A stretch of 51,858 bases of DNA, taken from contig QPGO01000340.1 in the NCBI GenBank assembly GCA_008632985.1, positions 1 through 51,858 on the forward strand. Direction: 5' to 3'. How positions within the stretch are numbered: the stretch's first letter is position 1; each line of letters starts with the position of its first letter. A model generated the notes under the pieces. It saw only the letters and a list, made by a program, of their open reading frames with translations. It did no database searches and had not been told where the DNA came from. Source of the stretch: Psammoneis japonica. Taxonomy: Eukaryota. Both the position numbers and the translations under genes were made by a program. Positions 23,201-34,099 of the stretch are shown piece by piece.

Positions 23201-26200
23201 CCGGCACTGATCATTTGTGCCGTGTCTAGCCGAATGCGGCGAGCAGTAGTGAGCGAACGGATATAAAGGCCAGAAATCTTGCCGGGCACGACAACTTACC
23301 TCCCGCAGCTGCCCAACGGCCACCTCCTCTACCAGCTATTTTGCAGATGAGAAAAAGGCATGCGTAGCTAAAATCTTGAACCTCGTCGACATAAACTGAA
23401 AAAAGGTAGTGAGCATGCAGAGTTAGGAATTGCGAGTCAGTTGTTGCCAAACGAACGAGACCAGTGGTAACACTTGCCTGACTGAAAAATCTCGTCTTGT
23501 GAGCCATCTTTGATCAGCCGAAGGACAAGATCATGTATGTCGACCTTGCGATGCTTGGTTTTGAAGGCTTCGTATTTCTCGTATTCATCGTAAATGTTGT
23601 ACCTGGTGTTTCGGCCCTCATCGGTTTTGTTAGGAACATTACTTCGTTTCTCCATCAGGTAAGCCTCCCGAGTGAGAGGTTTGCACGTCAGCGCGCATGC
23701 AAGCGATCCCTCGATAACCCCACCAATTTCGTTATTAGCCAGACTTACGTCAACGGGGATTCTTTGATTTGAAGAGCGACCTTCGTTGACATACTCTAAG
23801 AAACTGTACAAATCTGTAACCGCCATATCTGTGATCGAATACGTTCGGAGTAGCCGTGTGAGTAGGTCGCTGAGCGTATAAAAGTGGACCGGGTGCAATT
23901 TCCCTTCTGTCAGTAGTTTTTGGGCTTCGTCATAGCGTCGTCTGAGCTCAGTACAGAGCCGTGGCGAAACTGTAATGAAGCATATTGGCTTCTTAGTGTC
24001 AAACGGACTTTGAGCGTACGCAAAGGCATGGCTGGAGCAGGGCAGGTATTAGACAACTAAACGTCCTAGCAAAAAACATGCACAAAGACGGACGTTGCCT
24101 CGACTTACCAAAACAAACAGTTTGTTTTTCCCGTGCCAGAACGGGATTCTAGCAACAAAGGTGGTGGACGATTGACGACCCGTCGTTGGTCCGGATCAAG
24201 GATGAACAAACCCTCAGGCAAAGACTCAATTGTTTCATCGATGACAGCATTCTGTAGCTCGTTCGTCACCAGCCACGACAAATCAAGATCAGTCGCCTGC
24301 GGCGGATCCTCACCGTCGCCGGCCACGAGGCGCATCGCACTGCGGCTTATGTCGCAGACAACGCCTCGAACCTTCCTTGGCAAGGACGTGACCTGCATGA
24401 ATTGAAGTGCGTCTTGGCGCGAACCAACAAAGTGTGCTTCGATTGTGCCAACGTAGCATTGATCCGTGCCAACAGCTTGCTCGTGCTCCTTTGCCACCCA
24501 AACAACCACCGCCGTGTTCTTCTGTTTCCTCAAAGAACTCTTTTGCCAACGCGGCGCCTGCCCCACAGGAAACTCTGACATGGCCTTGAAATCAGGTTTC
24601 GCAATCGAGAGAAGCGTGTTGAATGCTACGTTACGTTCGATCTTTGCCATTCCTTGTAGGCAATTGTGAAACCTTGAAGTCATGGTTGGCTGCCAGCTCG
24701 TCACAATGGACCAATCTGGTAGGCTCCAATCCGCCCTGAGTTCGGATCGGCGAACAAAATTCTTTTGTTGCATGAATTTACCCAGAAGTTGAAGCGCCGA
24801 GCCTGCAGGCAAAGAACAGAAGAATTTAATGTCACCAACAACCCTCAGCACCATCTTTGCCCGGGTCACCGCTACATTCATTCTATTTGCGTCAAGGAAC
24901 TGTGCCGACTTCGACGTCCGAACGGTAGAAACTATAACCACGTCGCCCTCTTGCCCTTGAAACGAATCAACAGTTGCAATGTCTAGTTTGCGGCCTTTCG
25001 ACATGTACGTCTTCAGCACTTTCTTGAGGAAACGAACTTGCGCAGTATACGGCGAGATAATGATGACCCGAGAGTCTGGGCTTCTTTCGAGAAGGCGTAC
25101 AATATCGTCATCGTTGAACAATATGTGCTTGATTGTAGCTGCTTCATATTCATTTTTCCACGAAGGGGGGTCTTGCTCCTCCGCACTCATGCCTGCTACA
25201 TCCACAAAGAGTGCAGCAGATTGAATTTGGTAATGTGCGCGACAGTCGTGGACATTGTCACCCGAAATGATTCTTCCCCCATAGAATGTAGCGTTTGGAA
25301 ACATCAAGATGTCGGGATCCATACGGTACTAAGTTGGTGGTTGTGGGGAAGCAAATATGTTGGACAAAGGGAGAAAAAGAATTCATTTTGATAAACGCCA
25401 AACGTACCTGAGTGTCAAGAAGATGGACCTTATGAGGATGATACCGCAAGACGTGTTCGAGCAAAGATTGATCATACCCGGCATCGCGACATCCTTGATC
25501 GACAACTGTGGCGGAAAGTTGCTTGGGATCACCGACAAAGACAGCGCGATGCACGCCAGGAATGGTCGTTGCAATGTAGGACTCTGCTTCTGGACATTGT
25601 CCCGCCTCGTCCAAAATGAGCAAGTCAACTTTCCCCGCAATGGCTTTCCTGAGCAACCCGGACCCCGCTGTGTTGAGTGTGCAAAAGATGAAACGAGCGT
25701 GGGACAGCGGCTTGTCTCGATCAAACTTGCACAACTTTGCAATGTCCTCAACAGATGTCGTCTCGGAATTCTGGTGGAGAAATGATGCGAACTCAGTCCG
25801 CCTCCTCGACTTTTCCGATTCAATTTCCGCTTTGCTGTAACCTTGAATAAAACCTTTGAAACGGGCGTTCCTAATTTCTGGGTTTAGGAATTTAACTGAA
25901 TCGTCGCAATTCTCTCCCCACACAACGATATCTGTAATTGAAAACTGGTTGGTGTTCAGGAGCATCAACGCCAAATTCGCCACCGCAGCGTTGGAGGGTG
26001 CGGTGACAATGACGCCTTGCTCCAAACACTGCAGAATGCCAACGATTGTGTGGGATTTTCTGTCACAAGAACCAGCAAGTAAGAAAAGATGAGCCAGAGA
26101 CCAAAGAGCATTTCAAGACGCAATCCACGCACCCTGTTCCTGGAGGGCCCTGAACAAAAAGCAAACCAGATTCAAATCCTGGCGCAGCAACTGTCTGAAC

Positions 26201-29200
26201 CACTTTTCGCTGCGATTCATTCAACCCATTAAAAACAGACAAAGGAATTTCTTTGTCACTATCCTCGGCAACTTCGACGAGGTTTTCACGCTGCATTACT
26301 TGATGCATGAAGTCGCCGGGTGCCGGGCGAGACATGAGACTTTCAAGAATCCGCACGGTCCCGCTTAACGAAGCAACACGTCGCACGTAAGAAGTTTCAC
26401 CCAGAGGCACGAAATTGTGGTTTTTGTCTTGCATAAACAAGTCTCTGCTTCTCCCACCGGCTGGTCGGCAAACTGCCAATTCCCCACCTTGCTTGTAGAA
26501 GCTAGACTTCAGAAGAAAGACGTCATATGGTCGTGGAATGTCTTTGGATCCTTTCCGGCTATCATCCTTGATGGAATCGGACAGGGATCTAAAGAATTCA
26601 ATGCACACAAGGTTTGACAGCTTATTGAGGGCCGCATGATCCAGCACTTTGAAGTCGATGGTCTCGTCCGCGCTGATCACTGCACGTTTACGGCCGAACA
26701 CCACCTCAATCAATCTGCTAGTGGCATCATCGATAGATTCGAATGTGTTCCCGTCAATGTCCTCCAGGTTCGAACCACCTCCGTCCATGGGATTTTCCAG
26801 GCGAACATGCCCTGCCCGAATGCCGTGTGTTCTTTTGCAGGCATCGCTGCAATACCAAACGTACGGGCAAAGCTCACACTGATGACCGGCCCTACCAAGG
26901 CATATTGCGCACACTGGGCCATCCAGATCTGGCAGAGAAACGAGTTCTTCCGCATCCCCGGTAAGTTCGTTTTCAGAAGAGATCATCTGTACGCCCGGGT
27001 GGTGCTTTTTCAATGCTTTGTCTAGGAGTGATATCCAGTCTAGCCATTTCCTGTACATTATTCCAAGAATTGTGTGAGAAACTCTGGTCTCCTTCCCACC
27101 GGTCCCCAGTCTGGCGCTTTGAATGCTGCAAGGATGCTCTCCATTTCTTGACGGTCACTTCTACTGATTTGTGCAGCATGCTTCCTAGAATCCAATGCGC
27201 GCTGGCATAGGATTGCCATCCTGGTAGCTTCAGGGGAGCTTGGTCCCAGTTGGTCGGCAACCCGAGTCCACGCCTCGGACGATCGAGAGACAATGTCTCC
27301 TAGAGCCATCATGCTGCCGAAAACTTGCAGTTGATTTTCCTTGAGCGGAGCTGTACAAGCTGAGGGTGAAAAGACGCGCGAGACATCAATGAATCTTTTA
27401 CTGTCCGGAATGGGTCCCTCGAGTCTGCTCCCAAAGTCATGAGGTGAAGCTGGCGAAAGTTGCCCAAAGATTCTTTGCTCATGCATGATGAAGTACTCGT
27501 CCCCATCGCAGTCCCCCCCGGCAAGCATATCAGCCAATGGCCGGGCACCTCTGGCACTAAGCACCAACACGTCTTGTAGATACTTGAAAACGTAAGGCGG
27601 TTCCTTCTCTAGTTGCCCTTGGACAGCATAAGCGCGCTGTATGTCTCCAGGCATGTTACACGGCGAGCGGCAGATAAGCACAGAACCCTGCACAGCACCA
27701 TTACCAACTAGTACTTCACCTTCGTCGAGAATACCGTGTTCATCGACAACAGCCTTCATCAAAGTTATGTGACTCTGAAGACTGACTCGGGTCTTTGCCT
27801 TGGTCATTGCCTTCTTTAGTGCGACTAACTCCTCTGGGGAGAAACGATCACCGTTCAGTTTTTTCCCCTCTAGTGTGACCATATTCACGTAGTCATGGGT
27901 TCGTGTCATATCGCATTGAGCCTTTAGTCGGTCTAACCCGTCGTCAAACTCGGAGGCCATTTCAGCACATGCCACAGCTTGGAGGTCCAGAAATGGACGA
28001 GGGGGGACATTCAGATAGTGCATGACGAGTAAAGCCTGGTTGAATATCTTGTTGTCGGTGCTGTTCTTCGCTATGGCAATCTCCTTTACTTCCAGGATCA
28101 TGTGACTCGATCGAAACTTGACCATACTTGGTCTCAATCCAATGCAATCCGCTGGAAAACCCCTTACCAATGACAGCATACCTTTCACCCCACCCATACG
28201 AATCTGTATCGCTCCTGGAACCTTGGAAAGCTTGAAAACTGCTTGAGCTTTCCTTGCAATGTCGATTCCCATCACGCCACAACCGTCGGAAAAAATGTAG
28301 TTATTCCGGATGATTTCTTCGATCGCAATGATTCGACCCATCGAGAGGATGTCTACAGGCTTCGTATGCGTAAACGCCAAACCGATGCGATCGCCAACTT
28401 TAGTTTCGACGATGCCTTCAAAGCAGCCCAAGCTTCCCAAGAACTCATCTCTTGAAAGAAAGGACTCGCAATACAGCCAGACCTGTGCGTATCCCGAAAC
28501 AAAGATTTTTCGTAAGTCACAAAGCCACAACGTCGAAGTATAGGCCCGTGTATGACCATACTTACATTTGGTTTGCCAATGCCTTTGTCAAACAGATATG
28601 AATACTTTCGACCACACAATTCCGGTTCCCTTGCCAACCACGGCGCCAGCTCTGTGTTGTACAGTCTATCAAATTTGACGGAGCTGACAAGGACAAAGCA
28701 GTCTCGAACACGCCATCCCTCTTCCCGTAGCGCTCTGCGACTGTTTGGAACGACACGCGCATTCTTTGTCAGATTCTTGTTATTCATTTCGTACTCGGAG
28801 GGAACAAGTCGAGCGCTTCTGAACTGCAGTTTAGGCGGAGAACCCCTATACTCCGTATCCACTACTATCTTACAGCGATACTCTGCTGTTGGCCACATTG
28901 ATCGCTTCTGAATAATGTCAAAATCATTGTTGTCTCCATAGTCAAGGTCATCTTCTTTAGCATCCACGAAATCCTCTGCCTTTGCCAAACTTTTTGCTGC
29001 TCGCTGCAATGCAGATTCGACAGCTTCTTCCCAAAACTCAAAGCCTTTTCCCTTGTCCATAGCTAGCTTTACTTGGCACAGAGACTCCCAAATCTCATCG
29101 GCGAACAACTCTTGAATCGTCCTGCCCCACTTATCCCAAGAAATGGCCAAAAGCGGTGGGAGCACAATCTGCATGTACACCAAGATCAACTTTCGAGCTC

Positions 29201-29803
29201 CAATCTCAACAGTGCTCTTGATCCCTTCGTACTCTGCAGGGCTCTGAGGTCTCTTTTTGATACGCAACCGATCTGGCGCATCCTTCATGAGAATCGATCT
29301 CTCAAGTTGGAATCGAAGTGGAAAAGGAAGTGCCGAAGCGGCAGCTCGGAACGATAGCTCAAGCCGCGTCTTTTGGGCCAAGATGGCTTGTTCCTCAGAC
29401 GATGACTCGCGCTGCAACTTTTCTAAGCTGCAAAGGCAGCAGCCATTTCACTCTCTTTTTTGGTGCTTCCAACCCCCGTACCAATCAGTGATTCGTTGGC
29501 CTCGTGGACGACCATACTCTCAAACGTAGGGGCATGAGGTGGTCCGTCCTGCTTGGAGAGCGTGTACGTCGGTGGACTGTGATACATGCGTTCACAAAAG
29601 AGCTGCAGCTTGCCTTTGTAGTTATCACTGCTTATAGCGGATGCGGCATTTAGAGCTGCAGTCGACAGTGCGGTTGGATTGGCCAGAACAGGAAGCTCCA
29701 CTTCTTCGGGAAGCTCCAAGAGAGTATCATCATTGTACTCGCCTAGCAGCGCAACAAAGACGGGGTCGTCTCTCGTCGCGTCGTACCAGTGGTACTGCGC
29801 CAT
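20219..29803 (-). CDS. Giant RdRP-helicase fusion protein: dsRBD - RdRP - zf-MYND - UPF1-like helicase - (RelE-like) - TRANK1/UvrD-like helicase - TPR-like - SH3-like - acidic tail; 8 exons, about 3,010 aa
   Basis: Exons 29803-28566, 28482-26133, 26059-25408, 25328-24109, 24031-23478, 23395-23300, 23225-23023, 22939-20219. Introns are 73-83 nt, all phases are consistent, and splicing restores split motifs (GPPGTG|KS, LDTQ|YRM, FQS|VYVDEVQD, AG|DTAQMI). The model needs two 1-nt insertions in short homopolymers (about 29425, AAFAA-LEKLQ; about 27105, PDWG..SHTILGIMYR). Confidence 0.85.
21880..24200 (-). other. TRANK1-like UvrD/SF1 helicase followed by TPR-like helices
   Basis: SRSGTGKT, FITVSPRL, YVDEVQDF, GDTAQMISAGCSF, LTRNYR, ESKGLEFDDV, LRELYVATTRGR, then TPEMWFSRGMELFDEEKFSVAVGCFNAAG, as typical of TRANK1-family proteins. 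Confidence 0.88.
24830..26230 (-). other. UPF1/DNA2/NAM7-type SF1 helicase (AAA_11 + AAA_12)
   Basis: LNESQ, QGPPGTGKS, APSNAAV, ILDEAGQ, VGDPKQL, LDTQYRM, IISPYTAQV, TVDSFQGQE, NRMNVAVTRAK. Confidence 0.95.
26825..26911 (-). other. zf-MYND-like zinc finger
   Basis: CAIC-x7-CELC-x4-YCSDACKRTH. Confidence 0.75.
27040..28700 (-). other. Cellular (eukaryotic) RNA-dependent RNA polymerase domain
   Basis: Motifs KVGDRIGLAFT, FSDGCG, AIQIRMGGVKGML, LRPSMVKF, VVDEHGILDEGEV, RSPCNMPGDI, DMLAGGDCDGDEY (catalytic DxDGD at 27499-27513), and ILGIMYR after the indel. Confidence 0.95.
29415..29623 (-). other. Double-stranded RNA-binding domain (dsRBD) of the fusion protein
   Basis: NYKGKLQLFCER..PTY..GPPHAPTF..GTGVGSTKKESEMAAAFAA(L) matches the dsRBD consensus. 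Confidence 0.9.
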
Positions 29804-30128
29804 TCTCTTTTACGAGTGTCTCCTCTTGTAATATTTACGTTGTTTCGTAAGATCTTGATTGAAGGCAGTGGTGCACCAGTTGTATCGACGAAGATACGGT
29901 GCACGGAGGTGATTATTTGTGATCATCATGGCCGATGCCAGAGGAGCGGGAAAACCGGAAAAGGCGCAAGATCGCGCGCAAGGGATGCCGAGATGGACGT
30001 GCAGACGCTCAATCGAGCGCGCGGTTGATCGATTTCTTCCGCCTTCCGTCTGCTTCTGTTTTTCATCGGCGACAATGAGCACCCGCCAACAAACATATCC
30101 TCGATCCTCGTCAAACCAACGTTTCATC

Positions 30129-30961
30129 ATGGCCGGACTCAACGAAGCAAATGCACTCCTAGCTGATCTCAATGCAAAAGTACAGGCTGGAGATGTTCAG
30201 GGAGGTCTTGCTACGTTGGCAAAGCTAAAGGTTTGTGACGACGTTTTGAATGTCAAATTTTGTATGCACTTGTTGTTCTCACCCTACCTCATATCAGGTG
30301 ACGATTCTTGGGTTTGAGAGTGGTTCAAATGAGCACAACTTGTGGTTGCCGCCAAAGCTCTCGAATTGGGAGTGTTGTTGACGGTTGCCGATGGCGATCT
30401 TGATGCGTTTGCTCGAAACATGGCACAGCTCAAGCCATACTACGCGTCCCTCTCGACTCCAACTGAACGAAAGGCTCATATTCTGGGACTCAATCTGATG
30501 CATCTTTTGGTAGAAAATAGTCTCTCCGAATTCCACGCGGAACTAGAGCTCTTGACGGCTCAAGAGGCCACAAATCCGTTTGTTTCGTTTCCAATCACGC
30601 TTGAACGGCAATTGATGGTGGGAAGCTACGATGAGGTCTTGAACGCGGGTTCTCGAATCCCCGATGCTTCCTATCAGTTTTTCATGGACAATTTGCTCAA
30701 ACGGTCCGAGACAGCATTGCGGACTGCATGGAGGTGTCTTACAAAACAATGAAGATTGAGGACGCTATGAAAATGATCAAGTTTGAATCGCAACAACAGC
30801 TTTTGGAATACGTGGAGGAATGCCGTGATGACTGGATCATTGAGGGTGGATCGCTCTGTTTCCAGCCTCCTCCTACTGGAAGCAAGGCTAGTGATATTCC
30901 GTCCATGAAGCTTATTGCACAGAGTCTTACGTATGCTACTGAAATGGATCGAATTGTGTAG
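30129..30961 (+). CDS. RPN12: 26S proteasome regulatory subunit RPN12/PSMD8 (2 exons; two apparent 1-nt deletions)
   Basis: Exon 30129-30230, GT-AG intron 30231-30297. Motifs FARNMAQLKPYY, ILGLNLMHLLVENSLSEFHAELE, LERQLMVGSYDEV, TVRDSIADCME, YATEMDRIV. Frame slips near 30338 and 30698. Confidence 0.93.
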
Positions 30962-31348
30962 AGCGTATCACTTGCAAGTTTAGGATTTGCTTTTCTTCTT
31001 TGCTTTAATGGCATTGCCATTTGTTATTGTAGTTATCTGTCCTTTGATTAACGGATGCTTCGTGACTGTTTCTTAATGCGTTCCTCGACTGAACGGAATG
31101 GTAATTGCTCGTACATCTTGCTGCTCCACTGCAAAACAAACCTCGGGATGCACTTGGGTAGTTCGTTAGCTGAGCTGTGGCCGAAATCGTAATCGAGAGA
31201 GACCATGCAGTAAGGTAAGATCAAGTGGTTACATATGATGCACATGATAGATTCTCTTTGGTGATGCTAGGTTTTTTTTTAACATAGAATGCTCTAATGT
31301 ATGATGGAAGCATGGCACCTCGATCTACTAAATCACCCATTATCTTTA

Positions 31349-33595
31349 TTAACGGTTGCAACGTGGGACATTCGTTTCCCCCAATTTGTTCATAATCCTC
31401 GAAATAGCAACCTGGCATTTGCCGACACTTTTCTTCCATTGTTTAGCCTTTTTCTTGGACTTTGCGATAGCCAAATTTGTCTTGCGCACTTGATTAAGGA
31501 ACCCATCGCCAAGGATGCCCTTGCCCTTGTATGCGTTGATGACGCTATCAACAAGACCAATAGCACAAGTGCTTGCTTTTCTACCAACGTCGTCTGAGAA
31601 CCCGGGAGCAGTCATTCGGAGTTTCTCAATGGATTCCATGGATCGCGTGAGCTTGTTGAGCGATCCAACAACATTCCCTTGATTCTTGATTGCTGCCATG
31701 GAAGCATATGCTTTGCGTCTGGCTGTGTCGTAGGCAAACTGATCTGTCTCAAATTTGGTGCGCCTCTCCAACCTTTCGAGAACTTTCCCAAGGCACGATT
31801 TGTAGGCGCAGATCACCTTCTTGAAGTTTGGGGGAAAATTTCCGGTCAACTTTGTTGTTATAGTGACAGTCGTACAGCTTTGGGAGACATCTTGGTCCAT
31901 GATGCTAGCCACCACACAAACGTTCACGATGGCAGGGGTGTCGGTCAAGCTACTGCACGTGAGCTTGGGATCGAGGACACGTGAATCAGCAAAAGAGCAC
32001 TTCTCATCGTCAACAGTCCAAAAATAGTTATTGGCATTACCAACAACGGATGCTTTGTTCAAATTGATAGGTTCGTCGGCATTCCCACTGTATGGCCCTC
32101 CAGCGTCGATCTCAACAACGTCAGCATCTGGGAGGCACTCATTGAGGGCTGGAAAGGCATTGTTAACAAATAACCAAACGCCATTGTTCCAGGTTGACAT
32201 GGGCGGATTATTCGCATTCCGGAAATATCCAAGGTTAGAAATTCGTTTTGCTTCACTGCCTGATGCTTTATAGTTACCAACGCCGGGTTCCGACTGATAG
32301 TAGTTGTTGTCTAGCGAATTCGACCTCTTATAGTGGCCAATCAGTCCACCTATGTCATTTCCAGCAACACCTGACACTCGCCCCGTCGCAAAACAGCTCC
32401 TAATAGAGCCACCTTGGTTGAGGACTTGGCCAACAAGTCCTCCACCAGAACCATGCGTTGCATTGACATCGCCGAGAGCGTAGCTGTTCGATATGGAAGA
32501 GCCATTGTAAGAGCTTCCGACCAGTCCACCCGCATTGTCACCTTGTATGACACTGCCAGTTGCTAAGCAGTTATTGATGGTAACTCGATCCATTCTTCCC
32601 ACCAAGCCACCGTGATGCGACCCGTCGGTTCCCCGAACGGTAACTTGTTCAGCGCTACACCGGTCAATTTTTCCATTGCTAAAGTGGCCAATAAGGCCTC
32701 CAACGGATTCTTCACCCAAGACTCTCCCACCTCGTGCACGGCAGCACGAGATAAATGACTCTTTTTCGCCACCAAGGAAACCAACAAGTAAACCAGCTCC
32801 ACCTTCGCCTTTACCGAGAGGTCCCCTGAATCCTTCTACCGTTGTATTCACAATCTCAATATCTCGTATTGTCACACCGCCTTCATAGATGCCCCCAACA
32901 AGTGCACCAGATGCATCTCCGCCCGGAATATAGGAGTCTGCAATTGTGAGGTTGAAAATCTCGGCATTAGGTCCAGCAGTCCCGAAAAACCCTTGTCGGT
33001 CACTACTGCCATATAAATAGCTCTTCGCGTCAAAATCGTCAAAGGCAAATCGAACGGTATGGCCATTGCCGTCAAACACTCCCGTGAACGAACCAATAGG
33101 CCAGTGGTATTCGATATCAAGGTCAGCCATTAAAACATAGTGTCTGTCAGCCACCTTATTAACATTGATATTGAATAAGTCTCGTAGCGAAAAAATCAGG
33201 CAGGGTTCATTCCCTTCCTTCCCACAGTCAGAAGAAAAAGTTACTCGAACCTTAGTACAGTCTTCCATGGAGAGCTTTCCAAAAGTGGCCGTCAAACACA
33301 CGCCAATATCGACATTACCCATGAAACCTGTGTCATCTTTGCAGATAAGGAAAGGCTGGAGGACCTGGCTATTGACAAATTCACACCTATCGTCATCAAC
33401 GGTCCAATCATAGCTACCCTGTGAATCAGTGGAAGTAGCTCGATCCAAATGTATCACAACACCTTCGACCCCACCTGTGTAGAATGGGCCCGCAGAAATT
33501 ACAGGTGGAGGAGTCTTCGAAAGAGTTATCGGCAGAATCCATAGCATCAGAATACCCCCAATCGTACCAAATCGAAGATTAAGGATCTTCGTCAT
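31349..33595 (-). CDS. Secreted/surface GLUG-motif protein with two PKD-like 'AG(G)P[FY]' Cys-containing repeats, intronless
   Basis: Likely start MTKILN (33595) followed by a hydrophobic signal. Repeated GGL[VI]G motifs. Two related domains (AGPFYTG..YDWTVDDDRCEF..VLQPFLIC and AGGPYSG..YFWTVDDEKCSF..VLDPKLTC) flank the GLUG region. Confidence 0.8.
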   Translation of the reverse strand: MTKILNLRFGTIGGILMLWILPITLSKTPPPVISAGPFYTGGVEGVVIHLDRATSTDSQGSYDWTVDDDRCEFVNSQVLQPFLICKDDTGFMGNVDIGVCLTATFGKLSMEDCTKVRVTFSSDCGKEGNEPCLIFSLRDLFNINVNKVADRHYVLMADLDIEYHWPIGSFTGVFDGNGHTVRFAFDDFDAKSYLYGSSDRQGFFGTAGPNAEIFNLTIADSYIPGGDASGALVGGIYEGGVTIRDIEIVNTTVEGFRGPLGKGEGGAGLLVGFLGGEKESFISCCRARGGRVLGEESVGGLIGHFSNGKIDRCSAEQVTVRGTDGSHHGGLVGRMDRVTINNCLATGSVIQGDNAGGLVGSSYNGSSISNSYALGDVNATHGSGGGLVGQVLNQGGSIRSCFATGRVSGVAGNDIGGLIGHYKRSNSLDNNYYQSEPGVGNYKASGSEAKRISNLGYFRNANNPPMSTWNNGVWLFVNNAFPALNECLPDADVVEIDAGGPYSGNADEPINLNKASVVGNANNYFWTVDDEKCSFADSRVLDPKLTCSSLTDTPAIVNVCVVASIMDQDVSQSCTTVTITTKLTGNFPPNFKKVICAYKSCLGKVLERLERRTKFETDQFAYDTARRKAYASMAAIKNQGNVVGSLNKLTRSMESIEKLRMTAPGFSDDVGRKASTCAIGLVDSVINAYKGKGILGDGFLNQVRKTNLAIAKSKKKAKQWKKSVGKCQVAISRIMNKLGETNVPRCNR

Positions 33596-34099
33596 AACAC
33601 TTGTGTTTTCTTTTCTCTCTCTCTTGCTGTTTCTCCTTTCCCCGTGCCAGCAAAATAAAAAAAACAAGGGTCAGTCACTGTTCTTCACAGATTCTTGTAG
33701 GTGAATTACGTAGCGGTAGTGGCTAATGAATTTGCCGTCATTGCTTTACTCACGTCAATCTTGTTTCTTATGGCTGATGAGTTCAAGTTTCCTGCGACTT
33801 TCTCGGTTTGGGTTCTCGATGCCTTTTTTCTTTTTTTGAAACAACTTATGTTCGGTGATCTACATACATTCTTCTTCAGAATGAATATGTAAATAAGGTC
33901 ATCGCAGTGAGAGTTCTCATTAGGAACCAATCAGATTTCTCCATTTCCATTAAATCTTTGAAATCGTTAAGTGATGTTTAGCACACATGATGTCTCGGCG
34001 ACACTCTACAGTAGGCCCTTACGTACGGTACGACACATAAATGTTTCAAACACGTACAGGGCGCAGAAAATGTCTTTCGTTGCTTCACTCTTCCGCTCT

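Noticed and set aside
27040..28700. Endogenous RNA-virus polymerase
   Set aside because: The motifs are those of the cellular double-psi-barrel RdRP (DxDGD), not viral GDD-type, and the gene has spliceosomal introns.
27058..29425. Programmed frameshifting, or separate dsRBD, RdRP and helicase genes
   Set aside because: No obvious slippery heptamer, the breaks fall inside domain-terminal motifs, and equivalent 1-nt losses occur in RPN12. Assembly error is simpler, though unverified.
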